Positions 1 to 11,430 of a stretch of DNA of 64,000 nt are shown one piece after another. The notes beneath the pieces were generated by a model, which had not been told where the DNA came from, did no database searches, and was given only the letters and a program-made list of their open reading frames with translations. Position 1 is the first letter of the stretch. Every line of letters starts with the position of its first letter. Where the stretch lies: NCBI RefSeq assembly GCF_009914755.1, contig NC_060926.1. The stretch is one strand, 5' to 3'. Position numbers and translations under genes: made by a program. This DNA comes from the human T2T-CHM13v2.0 reference genome, Homo sapiens.

Positions 1-65
1 ATAGAGCAGGTTTGAAACACTCTTTTTGTAGTATCTGGATGTGGACATTTGGAGCGCTTTCAGGC

Positions 66-82
66 CTATGGTGAAAAAGGAA
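66..82 (+). promoter_or_regulatory. pJalpha box (representative; recurs in alternate, A-type monomers)
   Basis: CTATGGTGAAAAAGGAA matches the pJalpha motif CTAYGGTGRAAAAGGAA, 170 bp upstream of the CENP-B box at 236. Confidence 0.85.
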
Positions 83-199
83 ATATCTTCCCCTGAAAAC
101 TAGACAGAAGCATTCTCAGAAACTTATTTTGATGTGCGCCCTCAAGTAACAGTGTTGAACATTTCTTTTGATAGAGCAGTTTTGAAACACTCTTTTTGT

Positions 200-3100
200 A
201 GAATCTGCAAGTGGATATTTGGATAGCCTAGAGGATTTCGTTGGAAACGGGAATATGTCCATACAAAACCTAGACAGAAGCATTCTCAGAAAAATCTCTG
301 TGAGGATTGCATTCAAGTCCCAGTGTTGAACATTCCCTTTCATAAAGCAGGTGTGAACACAAGATTTTGTAGTATATGGTACTGGACATTTGGAGTGCTT
401 TGTGACCTATTGTGAAAAAGGAAATATCTTCCCATATAAACTAGGAAGAAGCATTCTCAGAAACCAGTTTGTGATGTGCGTACTCAACTAACAGGGTTGA
501 ACCTTTCTTTTGAGAGAGCATGCTTGAAAAACTCTTTTTGTAGACTCTGCAAGGGGATATTTGGACAGCTTTGAGGATTTCGTTGGAAACGGGATATCTT
601 CATATAAAATCTCGACAGAAGCATCCTCAGAAACATCCTTGGGATGTTTGCATGCAAGTCACAGAGTTGAACTTTCCCTTTCATGGAGCAGGTTTGAAAC
701 ACTCTTTTTGTGGAATCTGGAAGTGGATATTTGGATCGCATTGAGGCCTACGGTGAAAAAGGGAATATCTTCGAATAAAAACTAGACAGAAACATTCTCA
801 TAAACTACTTTGTGATGTGTGTGGTTAACTAACAGAGCTGAACCTTTCTTTTCATAGAGCGGTTTGGAAACACTCTTTTTGTACAATCTGCCTGTGGATA
901 TTTGGAAAGCTTTGAGGATTTCTTTGGAAACGGGAATATCTTCACATAAAATCTAGACAGAAGCATTCTCAGAAACGTCTTTGGGGTGTTAGCATTCAAG
1001 TCACAGAGTTGAACGTTCCTTTTCATAGAGCAGGTTTGAAACACTCTTTTTGTGGAATCTGGAAGTGGACATTTGGATCGCTTTGAGGCCTGCGGAGAAA
1101 AAGGTATACCTTCGCATAAAAGCTAGACAGAATTATTCTCACGAACTAGCTTGTGATGAGTGTGCTCAACTACCAGAGTTGAACCTTTCTTTTGATAGAG
1201 CAGTTTTGAAACACTCTTTTTGTAGAATTTGCATGTGGCTATTTGGACACCTTTGAGGATTTCGTTGGAAACGGGAAAATCTTCATATGAAATCGAGACA
1301 CAAGCATTCTCAGAAACCTCTTTGGGATGTCAGCGTTCAAGTCACACAGTTGATCCCTCCTTTCATAGAGCAGGTTTGAAGCACTCTTTTTGTAGTATCT
1401 GGAAGTGGACGTTTTGATTGCTTTGAGGCGTAAGGTGAAAAAGGAAATATCTTGCCACAAAAACTACACAGAAGCATTCTCAGAAACTACGTTGTGATGT
1501 GTTTACTCAATTAACAGAGTTGAACCTTTCTTTTGATAGAGCAGTTTTGAAACACTCTTTTTGGAGAATATGCCGGTGGATATTGGGATAGCTTTGTGGT
1601 TTTCCGTGGAAAAGGGAATATCTTCATATAAAATCTAGACAGAAGCATTCGCAGAAACACCTTTGCGATGTTTACATTGAAGTCAGAGAGTTCTACATTC
1701 CCTTACATAGAGCAGCTTTGAAACACTCTTTTTGTAGTATCTGGAGATGGACATTTAGATCGCTTTGAGGCCTATGGTGAAATAGGAAAATCTTCGCATA
1801 AAAACTAGATTGAAGCAGTCTCCAAAACTTGCTTGGAATGTGTGTACTCAACTAACAGAGTTGAATCTTTCTTTTGATAGAGCAGTTTTGAAACACTCTT
1901 TTTGTAGAGTCTGCAAGTGGATATTTGGATAGCTTAGAGGATTTTGCTGGAAACGGGAATATGTCCATACAAAACCTAGACAGAAGCATTCTCAGAAAAA
2001 TCTCTGTGAGGATTGCATTCAAGTCCCGGTGTTGAACATTCCCTTTCATAAAGCAGGTGTGAACACAAGATTTTGTAGTATATGGAAGTGGACATTTGGA
2101 GTGCTTTGTGACCTTTTGTGAAAAAGGAAATATCTTCCCATATAAACTAGGCAGAAGAATTCTCAGAAACCAGTTTGTGATGTGTGTACTCAACTAACAG
2201 GGTTGAACCTTTCTTTTGAGAGAGCACTCTTGAAACACTCTTTTTGTAGAATCTGCAAGGGGATATTTTGTCAGCTTTGAGGATTTCGTTGGAAAAGGGA
2301 TATCTTCATATAAAATCTCGACAGAAGCATCCTCAGAAACATCTTTGGGATGTTTGCATTCAAGTCACAGAGTTGAACATTCCCTTTCATGGAGCAGGTT
2401 TGAAACACTCTTTTTGTGGAATCTGGAAGTAGACATTTGGATCGCATTGAGGCCTACGGTGAAAAAGGGAATATCTTCGAATAAAAACTAGACAGAAGCA
2501 TTCTCATAAACTAGTTTGTGATCTGTGTGCTTAACTAACAGAGCTGAACCTTTCTTTTCATAGAGCGGTTTTGAAACACTCTTTTTGTAGAATCTGCATG
2601 TGGATATTTGGAAAGCTTTGAGGATTTCGTTGGAAACCGTAATATCTTCACATAAAATCTAGACAGAAGCATTCTCAGAAACGTCTTTGGGGTGTTAGCA
2701 TTCAAGTCACAGAGTTGAACGTTCCTTTTCATAGAGCAGGTTTGAAACACTCTTTTTGTGGAATCTGGAAGTGGACATTTGGATCGCTTTGAGGCCTGCG
2801 GTGAAAAAGGTATATCTTCGCATAAAAACTAGACAGAAGTATTCTCATGAACTAGTTTGTGATGTGTGTGCTCAACTACCAGAGTTGAACCTTTCTTTGG
2901 ATAGAGCAGTTTTGAAACACTCTTTTTGTAGAATTTGCATGTGGATATTTGGACAGCTTTGAGGATTTCGCTGGAAACGGGAAAATCTTCATATGAAATC
3001 GAGACACAAGCATTCTCAGAAACTTCTTAGGGATGTTAGCGTTCGAGTCACACAGTTGATCACTCCCTTTCATAGAGCAGGTTTGAAGCACTCTTTTTGT

Positions 3101-4300
3101 AGTATCTTGAAGTGGACGTTTTGATCGCTTTGAGACATAAGGTGAAAAAGGAAATATCTTGCCACAAAAACTACACAGAAGCATTCTCAGAAACTACGTT
3201 GTGATGTGTTTACTCAACTAACAGAGTTGAACCTTTCTTTTGATAGAGCAGTTTTGAAACACTCTTTTTGGAGAATCTGCAGGTGGATATTTGGATAGAT
3301 TTGAGGATTTCCTTGGAAAAGGGAATATCTTCATATAAAATCTAGACCGAAGCCTTCGCAGAAACACCTTTGTGATGTTTGCATTGAAGTCAGAGAGTTG
3401 TACATTCCCTGTCATAGAGCAGCTTTGAAACACTCTTTTTGTAGTATCTGGAGATGCACAGTTAGATCACGTTGAGGCCTATGGTGAAATAGGAAATATC
3501 TTCGCATAAAAACTAGACGGAAGCAGTCTCCAAAACTTGCTTGGAATGTGTGTACTCAACTAACAGAGTTGAATCTTTCTTTTGATAGAGCAGTTTTGAA
3601 ACACTCTTTTTGTAGAGTCTGCAAGTGGATATTTGGATAGCTTAGAGGATTTCGTTGGAAACGGGAATATGTCCATAAAAAACCTAGACAGAAGCATTCT
3701 CAGAAAAATCTCTGTGAGGATTGCATTCAAGTCCCAGTGTTGAACATTCCCTTTCATGAAGCAGGTGTGAACACAAGATGTTGTAGTATATGGAAGTGGA
3801 CATTTGGAGTGCTTTGTGACCTATTGTGAAAAAGGAAATATCTTCCCATATAAACTAGGCAGAAGCATTCTCAGAAACCAGGTTGTGATGTGTGTACTCA
3901 ACTAACAGGGTTGAACCTTTCTTTTGAGAGAGCACGCTTGAAAAACTCTTTTTGTAGACTCTGCAATGGGATATTTGGACAGCTTTGAGGATTTCGTTGG
4001 AAACGGGATATCTTCATATAAAATCTCGACAGAAGCATCCTCAGAAACATCTTTGGGATGTTTGCATTCAAGTCACAGAGTTGAACATTCCCTTTCATGG
4101 AGCAGGTTTGAAACACTCTTTTTGTGGAATCTGGAAGGGGACTTTTGGGTCGCATTGAGGCCTACGGTGAAAAAGGGAATATCTTCGAATAAAAACTAGA
4201 CAGAAGCATTCTCATAAACTAGTTTGTGATGTGTGTGCTTAACTAACAGAGCTGAACCTTTCTTTTCATTGAGCGGTTTTGAAACACTCTTTTTGTAGAA
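200..4300 (+). repeat. Diverged 10-monomer (~1,706-bp) alpha-satellite HOR, block 1 (~2.4 copies); probably an inactive SF2 'H2'/D18Z2-like HOR
   Basis: The landmark GGGAATATGTCCATA(C/A)AAAACCTAGACAG...AAAAATCTCTGTGAGG occurs at ~249, ~1955 and ~3663. Paralogous ORFs are offset by 1,706 (829/2535, 1050/2756). The family name is inferred from the 1.7-kb 10-mer size only. Confidence 0.88.
236..252 (+). promoter_or_regulatory. CENP-B box (intact; first in window)
   Basis: TTTCGTTGGAAACGGGA has all nine essential bases of NTTCGNNNNANNCGGGN. Confidence 0.95.
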
Positions 4301-6660
4301 TCTGCAAGTGGATATTTGGCTGGCTCTGAGGATTTCGTTGGAAACGGGAATACATTTAAAAAGCAGACGGCAGCATTCTCAGCAACTTCTTTGTGATGTT
4401 TCCATTGAAGTCCCAGTGTTGAACATTCCATTTGATAGAGCAGGTTTGAAACACGCCTTTTGTCATGTCTGGAAGCTGTCCATTTGGAGCACATTCCGGC
4501 TTGTGTTGAAAAAGGAAATATCCTCTCATAAAAACTAGACAGAAGCATTCTCTGAAACTTATTTGTGATGTGTGTACTCAACTAACAGAATTGAACCATC
4601 GTTTTGAAAGAGCAATTTTGAAACACTCTTTTTCTGGAATCTGCAAGTCGATATTTGTCTAGCATTGAGGATTTCGTTGGAAACGGGATTACATATAAAA
4701 GCAGACAGCAGCATTCCCAGAAACTTCTTTGTGATGTTTGCATTCAAGTCACAGAGTTTAACATTCCCTTTCATAGAGCAGGTTTGAAACACTCTTTTTG
4801 TAGTATCTGGATGTGGACATTTGGAGCGCTTTCAGGCCTATGGTGAAAAAGGAAATATCTTCCCCTGAAAACTAGACAGAAGCATTCTCAGAATCTTATT
4901 TGTGATGTGCGCCCCCAACTAACAGTGTTGAACCTTTCTTTTGATAGAGCAGTTTTGAAACACACTTTTTGTAAAATCTGCAAGAAGATATTTGGATAGC
5001 TTTGAGGATTTCGTTGGAAACGGGATTGTCTTCATATAAACTCTAGACAGAAGCTTTCTCAGAAACTTCATTGTGATGTTTCAACTGAAGTCACAGTGTT
5101 GAACAGTCCCTTTCATAGAGCAGGTTTGAAACACTCTTTTTGTAGTATCTGGAAGTGGACATTTGGAGCGCTCTCAGGACTACTGTGAAAAAGGAAATAT
5201 CTTCCAATAAAAGCTAGATAGAAGCAATGTCAGAAATTTTTCATGATGTATCTACTCAGCTAACAGAGTTGAACCTTTCTTTTGAGAGACCAGTTTTAAA
5301 ACACTCTTTTTGGGGAATATGCAAGTGGATATTAGGCCAGCTTGGAGGATTTCGTTGGAAACGGGAATCCATATAAAAAGCAGACAGCAGCATTGTCAGA
5401 AACTTCTTTCTCATGTTTGCATTGAAGTCCCAGAGTTCAACATTCCCTTTAATAGAGCAGGTCTGAAACACGCCTTTTGTCATATCTGGACGTTGTCCAT
5501 TTGGAGCGCATTCCGGCTTGTCTTGAAAAAGGAAATATCCTCCCATAAAAACTAGATAGAAGCATTCTCAGAAACTTATTTGTGATGTGTGTACTCAACT
5601 AACAGAATTGAACCATCGTTGTGGAAGAGCAGTTTGGAAACACTCTTTTTGTGGAATCTGCAAGTGGATATTTGTCTAGCTTTGAGGATTTCGTTGGAAA
5701 CGGGATTACATATAAAAAGCAGGCCGCAGCATTCCCAGAAACTTCTTTGTGACGGTTGCATTCAAGTCACAGAGTTGAACATTCCCTTTCATAGAGAAGG
5801 TTTGAAACACTCTTTTTGTAGTATCTGGATGTGGACATTTGGAGCGCTTTCAGGCCTATGGTGAAAAAGGAAATATCTTCCCCTGAAAACTAGACAGAAG
5901 CATTCTCAGAAACTTATTTGTGATGTGCGCCCTCAAGTAACAGTGTTGAACCTTTCTTTTGATAGAGCAGTTTTGAAACACTCTTTTTGTAAAATCTGCA
6001 AGAGGATATTTGGATAGCTTTGAGGATTTCGTTGGAAACGGGATTGTCTTCATATAATCTCTAGACAGAAGCATTCTCATAAATTTCTTTGGGATGTTTT
6101 AATTGAAGTCACAGTGTTGAACATTCCCTGTCATAGAGCAGGTTTGAAACACTCTTCTTGTAGTATCTGGAAGTGGACATTTGGAGCGCTCTCAGGACTA
6201 CAGTGAAAAAGGAAATATCTTCCAATAAAAGCTAGATAGAAGCAATGTCAGAAACTTTTTCATGATGTATCTGCTCAGCTAACAGAGTTGAACCTTTCTT
6301 TTGAGAGAGCAGTTTTTAAACACTCTTTTTGTGGAATCTGCAAGTGGATATTTGTCTAGCTTTGATGATTTCGTTGGAAACGGGATTACATATAAAAAGC
6401 AGACAGCAGCATTCCCAGAAACTTCTTTGTGATGTTTGCATTCAAGTCACAGAGTTGAACATTCCCTTTCATAGAGCAGCTTTGAAACACTCTTTTTGTA
6501 GTATCTGGATGTGGACATTTGGAGCGCTTTCAGGCCTATGGTGAAAAAGGAAATATCTTCCCCTGAAAACTAGACAGAAGCATTCTCAGAAACTTATTTG
6601 TGATGTGCGCCCTCAACTAACAGTGTTGAACCTTTCTTTTGATAGAGCAGTTTTGAAACA
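4300..6660 (+). repeat. Intercalated ~14-monomer block 1: two relic 6-mers (X-Y-m2-m3-m4-m1'/m1) plus 4-mer-type monomers
   Basis: Contains m2/m3/m4/m1 motifs of the right-hand array. Also contains monomers absent from it: X (CACGCCTTTTGTCAT...TTCCGGCTTGT, ~4452 and ~5469) and Y (AGAATTGAACCATCGTT, ~4587 and ~5605). Internal spacing is ~1,018 bp. Confidence 0.85.
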
Positions 6661-9070
6661 CTCTTTTTGTAGAGTCTGCAAGTGGATATTTGGATAGCTT
6701 AGAGGATTTCGTTGGAAACGGGAATATGTCCATACAAAACCTAGACAGAAGCATTCTCAGAAAAATCTCTGTGAGGATTGCATTCAAGTCCCAGTGTTGA
6801 ACATTCCCTTTCATAAAGCAGGTGTGAACACAAGATGTTGTAATATATGGAACTGGACATTTGGAGTGCTTTGTGACCTATTGTGAAAAAGGAAATATCT
6901 TCCCATATAAACTAGGCAGAAGCATTCTCAGAAACCAGGTTGTGATGTGTGTACTCAACTAACAGGGTTGAACCTTTCTTTTGAGAGAGCACGCTTGAAA
7001 AACTCTTTTTGTAGACTCTGCAAGGGGATATTTGGACAGCTTTGAGGATTTCGTTGGAAAAGGGATATCTTCATATAAAATCTCGACAGAAGCATTCTCA
7101 GAAACATCTTTCTTTGGGATGTTTGCATGCAAGTCACAGAGTTGAACTTTCCCTTTCATGGAGCAGGTTTGAAACACTCTTTTTGTGGAATCTGGAAGTA
7201 GACATTTGGATCGCATTGAGGCCTACGGTGAAAAAGGGAATATCTTCGAATAAAAACTAGACGGAAGCATTCTCATAAACTACTTTGTGATGTGTGCGGT
7301 TAACTAACAGAGCTGAACCTTTCTTTTCATAGAGCGGTTTTGAAACACTCTTTTTTTAGAATCTGCCTGTGGATATTTGGAAAGCTTTGAGGATTTCTTT
7401 GGAAACGGGAATATCTTCACATAAAATATAGACAGAAGCATTCTCAGAAACGTCTTTGGGGTGTTAGCATTCAAGTCACAGAGTTGAACGCTCCTTTTCA
7501 TAGAGCAGGTTTGAAACATTCTTTTTGTGGAATCTGGAAGTGGACATTTGGATCGCTTTGAGGCCTGCGGTGAAAAAGGTATATCTTCGCATAAAAACTA
7601 GACAGAAGTATTCTCAGGAACTAGTTTGTGATGTGTGTGCTCAACTACCAGAGTTGAACCTTTCTTTTGATAGAGCAGTTTTGAAACACTCTTTTTGTAG
7701 AATTTGCATGTGGCTATCTGGACAGCTTTGAGGATTTCGTTGGAAACGGGAAAATCTTCATATGAAATCGAGACACAAGCATTCTCAGAAACCTCTCTGG
7801 GATGTTAGCGTTCGAGTCACACAGTTGATCACTCCCTTTCATAGAGCAGGTTTGAAGCACTCTTTTTGTAGTATCTGGAAGTGGACGTTTTGATCGCTTT
7901 GAGGCGTAAGGTGAAAAAGGAAATATCTTGCCACAAAAACTACACAGAAGCATTCTCAGAAACTACGTTGTGATGTGTTTACTCAACTAACAGAGTTGAA
8001 CCTTTCTTTTGATAGAGCAGTTTTGAAACACTCTTTTTGGAGAATCTGCAGGTGGATATTTGGATAACTTTGAGGATTTCCTTGGAAAAGGGAATATCTT
8101 CATATAAAATCTAGACCGAAGCCTTCGCAGAAACACCTTTGTGATGTTTGCATTGAAGTCAGAGAGTTGTACATTCCCTGTCATAGAGCAGCTTTGAAAC
8201 ACTCTTTTTGTAGTATCTGGAGATGCACAGTTAGATCACGTTGAGGCCTATGGTGAAATAGGAAATATCTTCGCATAAAAACTAGACGGAAGCAGTCTCC
8301 AAAACTTGCTTGGAATGTGTGTACTCAACTAACAGAGTTGAATCTTTCTTTTGATAGAGCAGTTTTGAAACACTCTTTTTGTAGAGTCTGCAAGTGGATA
8401 TTTGGATAGCTTAGAGGATTTCGTTGGAAACGGGAATATGTCCATAAAAAACCTAGACAGAAGCATTCTCAGAAAAATCTCTGTGAGGATTGCATTCAAG
8501 TCCCAGTGTTGAACATTCCCTTTCATGAAGCAGGTGTGAACACAAGATTTTGTAGTATATGGAAGTGGACATTTGGAGTGCTTTGTGACATTTTGTGAAA
8601 AAGGAAGTATCTTCCCATATAAACTAGGCAGAAGCATTCTCAGAAAGCAGTTTGTGATCTGTGTACACAACTAACAGGGTTGAACCTTTCTTTTGAGAGA
8701 ACACTCTTGAAACACTCTTTTTGTAGACTCTGCAAGGGGATATTTTGACAGCTTTGAGGATTTCGTTGGAAACGGGATATCTTCATATAAAATCTCGACA
8801 GAAGCATCCTCAGAAACATCTTTGGGATGTTTGCATTCAAGTCACAGAGTTGAACATTCCCTTTCATGGAGCAGGTTTGAAACACTCTTTTGTGGAATCT
8901 GGAAGGGGACTTTTGGGTCGCATTGAGGCCTACGGTGAAAAAGGGAATATCTTCGAATAAAAACTAGACAGAAGCATTCTCATAAACTAGTTTGTGATGT
9001 GTGTGCTTAACTAACAGAGCTGAACCTTTCTTTTCATTGAGCGGTTTTGAAACACTCTTTTTGTAGAATC
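6660..9070 (+). repeat. 10-monomer HOR block 2 (~1.4 copies)
   Basis: Same landmark at ~6721 and ~8432 (1,711 bp apart, including a 4-bp TCTT duplication at 7107-7114). Monomer order is the same as in block 1. Confidence 0.88.
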
Positions 9071-11430
9071 TGCAAGTGGATATTTGGCTGGCTCTGAGGA
9101 TTTCGTTGGAAACGGGAATACATTTAAAAAGCAGACGGCAGCAGTCTCAGAAACTTCTTTGTGATGTTTCCATTGAAGTCCCAGTGTTGAACATTCCATT
9201 TGAGAGAGCAGGTTTGAAACACGCCTTTTGTCATGTCTGGAAGCTGTCCATTTGGAGCACATTCCGGCTTGTGTTGAAAAAGGAAATATCCTCTCATAAA
9301 AACTAGACAGAAGCATTCTCTGAAACTTATTTGTGATGTGTGTACTCAACTAACAGAATTGAACCATCGTTTTGAAAGAGCAATTTTGAAACACTCTTTT
9401 TCTGGAATCTGCAAGTCGATATTTGTCTAGCATTGAGGATTTCGTTGGAAACGGGATTACAAATAAAAAGCAGACAGCAGCATTCCCAGAAACATCTTTG
9501 CGATGTTTGCATTCAAGTCACTGAGTAGAACATTCCCTTTCATAGAGCAGGTTTGAAACACTCTTTTTGTAGTATCTGGATGTGGACATTTGGAGCGCTT
9601 TCAGGCCTATGGTGAAAAAGGAAATATCTTCCCCTGAAAACTAGACAGAAGCATTCTCAGAATCTTATTTGTGATGTGCGCCCCCAACTAACAGTGTTGA
9701 ACCTTTCTTTTGATAGAGCAGTTTTGAAACACACTTTTTGTAAAATCTGCAAGAAGATATTTGGATAGCTTTGAGGATTTCGTTGGAAACGGGATTGTCT
9801 TCATATAAACTCTAGACAGAAGCTTTCTCAGAAACTTCATTGTGATGTTTCAACTGAAGTCACAGTGTTGAACAGTCCCTTTCATAGAGCAGGTTTGAAA
9901 CACTCTTTTTGTAGTATCTGGAAGTGGACATTTGGAGCGCTCTCAGGACTACTGTGAAAAAGGAAATATCTTCCAATAAAAGCTAGATAGAAGCAATGTC
10001 AGAAATTTTTCATGATGTATCTACTCAGCTAACAGAGTTGAACCTTTCTTTTGAGAGACCAGTTTTAAAACACTCTTTTTGGGGAATATGCAAGTGGATA
10101 TTAGGCCAGCTTGGAGGATTTCGTTGGAAACGGGAATCCATATAAAAAGCAGACAGCAGCATTGTCAGAAACTTCTTTGTCATGTTTGCATTGAAGTCCC
10201 AGAGTTCAACATTCCCTTTAATAGAGCAGGTCTGAAACACGCCTTTTGTCATATCTGGACGTTGTCCATTTGGAGCGCATTCCGGCTTGTGTTGAAAAAG
10301 GAAATATCCTCCCATAAAAACTAGATAGAAGCATTCTCAGAAACTTATTTGTGATGTGTGTACTCAACTAACAGAATTGAACCATCGTTGTGGAAGAGCA
10401 GTTTGGAAACACTCTTTTTGTGGAATCTGCAAGTGGATATTTGTCTAGCTTTGAGGATTTCGTTGGAAACGGGATTACATATAAAAAGCAGGCCGCAGCA
10501 TTCCCAGAAACTTCTTTGTGACGGTTGCATTCAAGTCACAGAGTTGAACATTCCCTTTCATAGAGAAGGTTTGAAACACTCTTTTTGTAGTATCTGGATG
10601 TGGACATTTGGAGCGCTTTCAGGCCTATGGTGAAAAAGGAAATATCTTCCCCTGAAAACTAGACAGAAGCATTCTCAGAAACTTATTTGTGATGTGCGCC
10701 CTCAAGTAACAGTGTTGAACCTGTCTTTTGATAGAGCAGTTTTGAAACACTCTTTTTGTAAAATCTGCAAGAGGATATTTGGATAGCTTTGAGGATTTCG
10801 TTGGAAACGGGATTGTCTTCATATAAACTCTAGACAGAAGCATTCTCATAAATTTCTTTGGGATGTTTCAATTGAAGTCACAGTGTTGAACATTCCCTGT
10901 CATAGAGCAGGTTTGAAACACTCTTCTTGTAGTATCTGGAAGTGGACATTTGGAGCGCTCTCAGGACTACAGTGAAAAAGGAAATATCTTCCAATAAAAG
11001 CTAGATAGAAGCAATGTCAGAAACTTTTTCATGATGTATCTGCTCAGCTAACAGAGTTGAACCTTTCTTTTGAGAGAGCAGTTTTGAAACACTCTTTTTG
11101 TGGAATCTGCAAGTGGATATTTGTCTAGCTTTGAGGATTTCGTTGGAAACGGGATTACATATAAAAAGCAGACAGCAGCATTCCCAGAAACTTCTTTGTG
11201 ATGTTTGCATTCAAGTCACAGAGTTGAACATTCCCTTTCATACAGCAGCTTTGAAACACTCTTTTTGTAGTATCTGGATGTGGACATTTGGAGCGCTTTC
11301 AGGCCTATGGTGAAAAAGGAAATATGTTCTCCTGAAAACTAGACAGAAGCATTCTCAGAAACTTATTTGTGATGTGCGCCCTCAACTAACAGTGTTGAAC
11401 CTTTCTTTTGATAGAGCAGTTTTGAAACAC
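9070..11430 (+). repeat. Intercalated ~14-monomer block 2 (near-identical copy of 4300-6660)
   Basis: Paralogous ORFs are offset by 4,768-4,769 bp (4308/9076, 5256/10025, 5589/10358, 6329/11098). Private variants are shared (AGCAGGCCGCAGC, GACGGTTGC, AGAGAAGG, GCTTTCTCAG). Confidence 0.9.
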
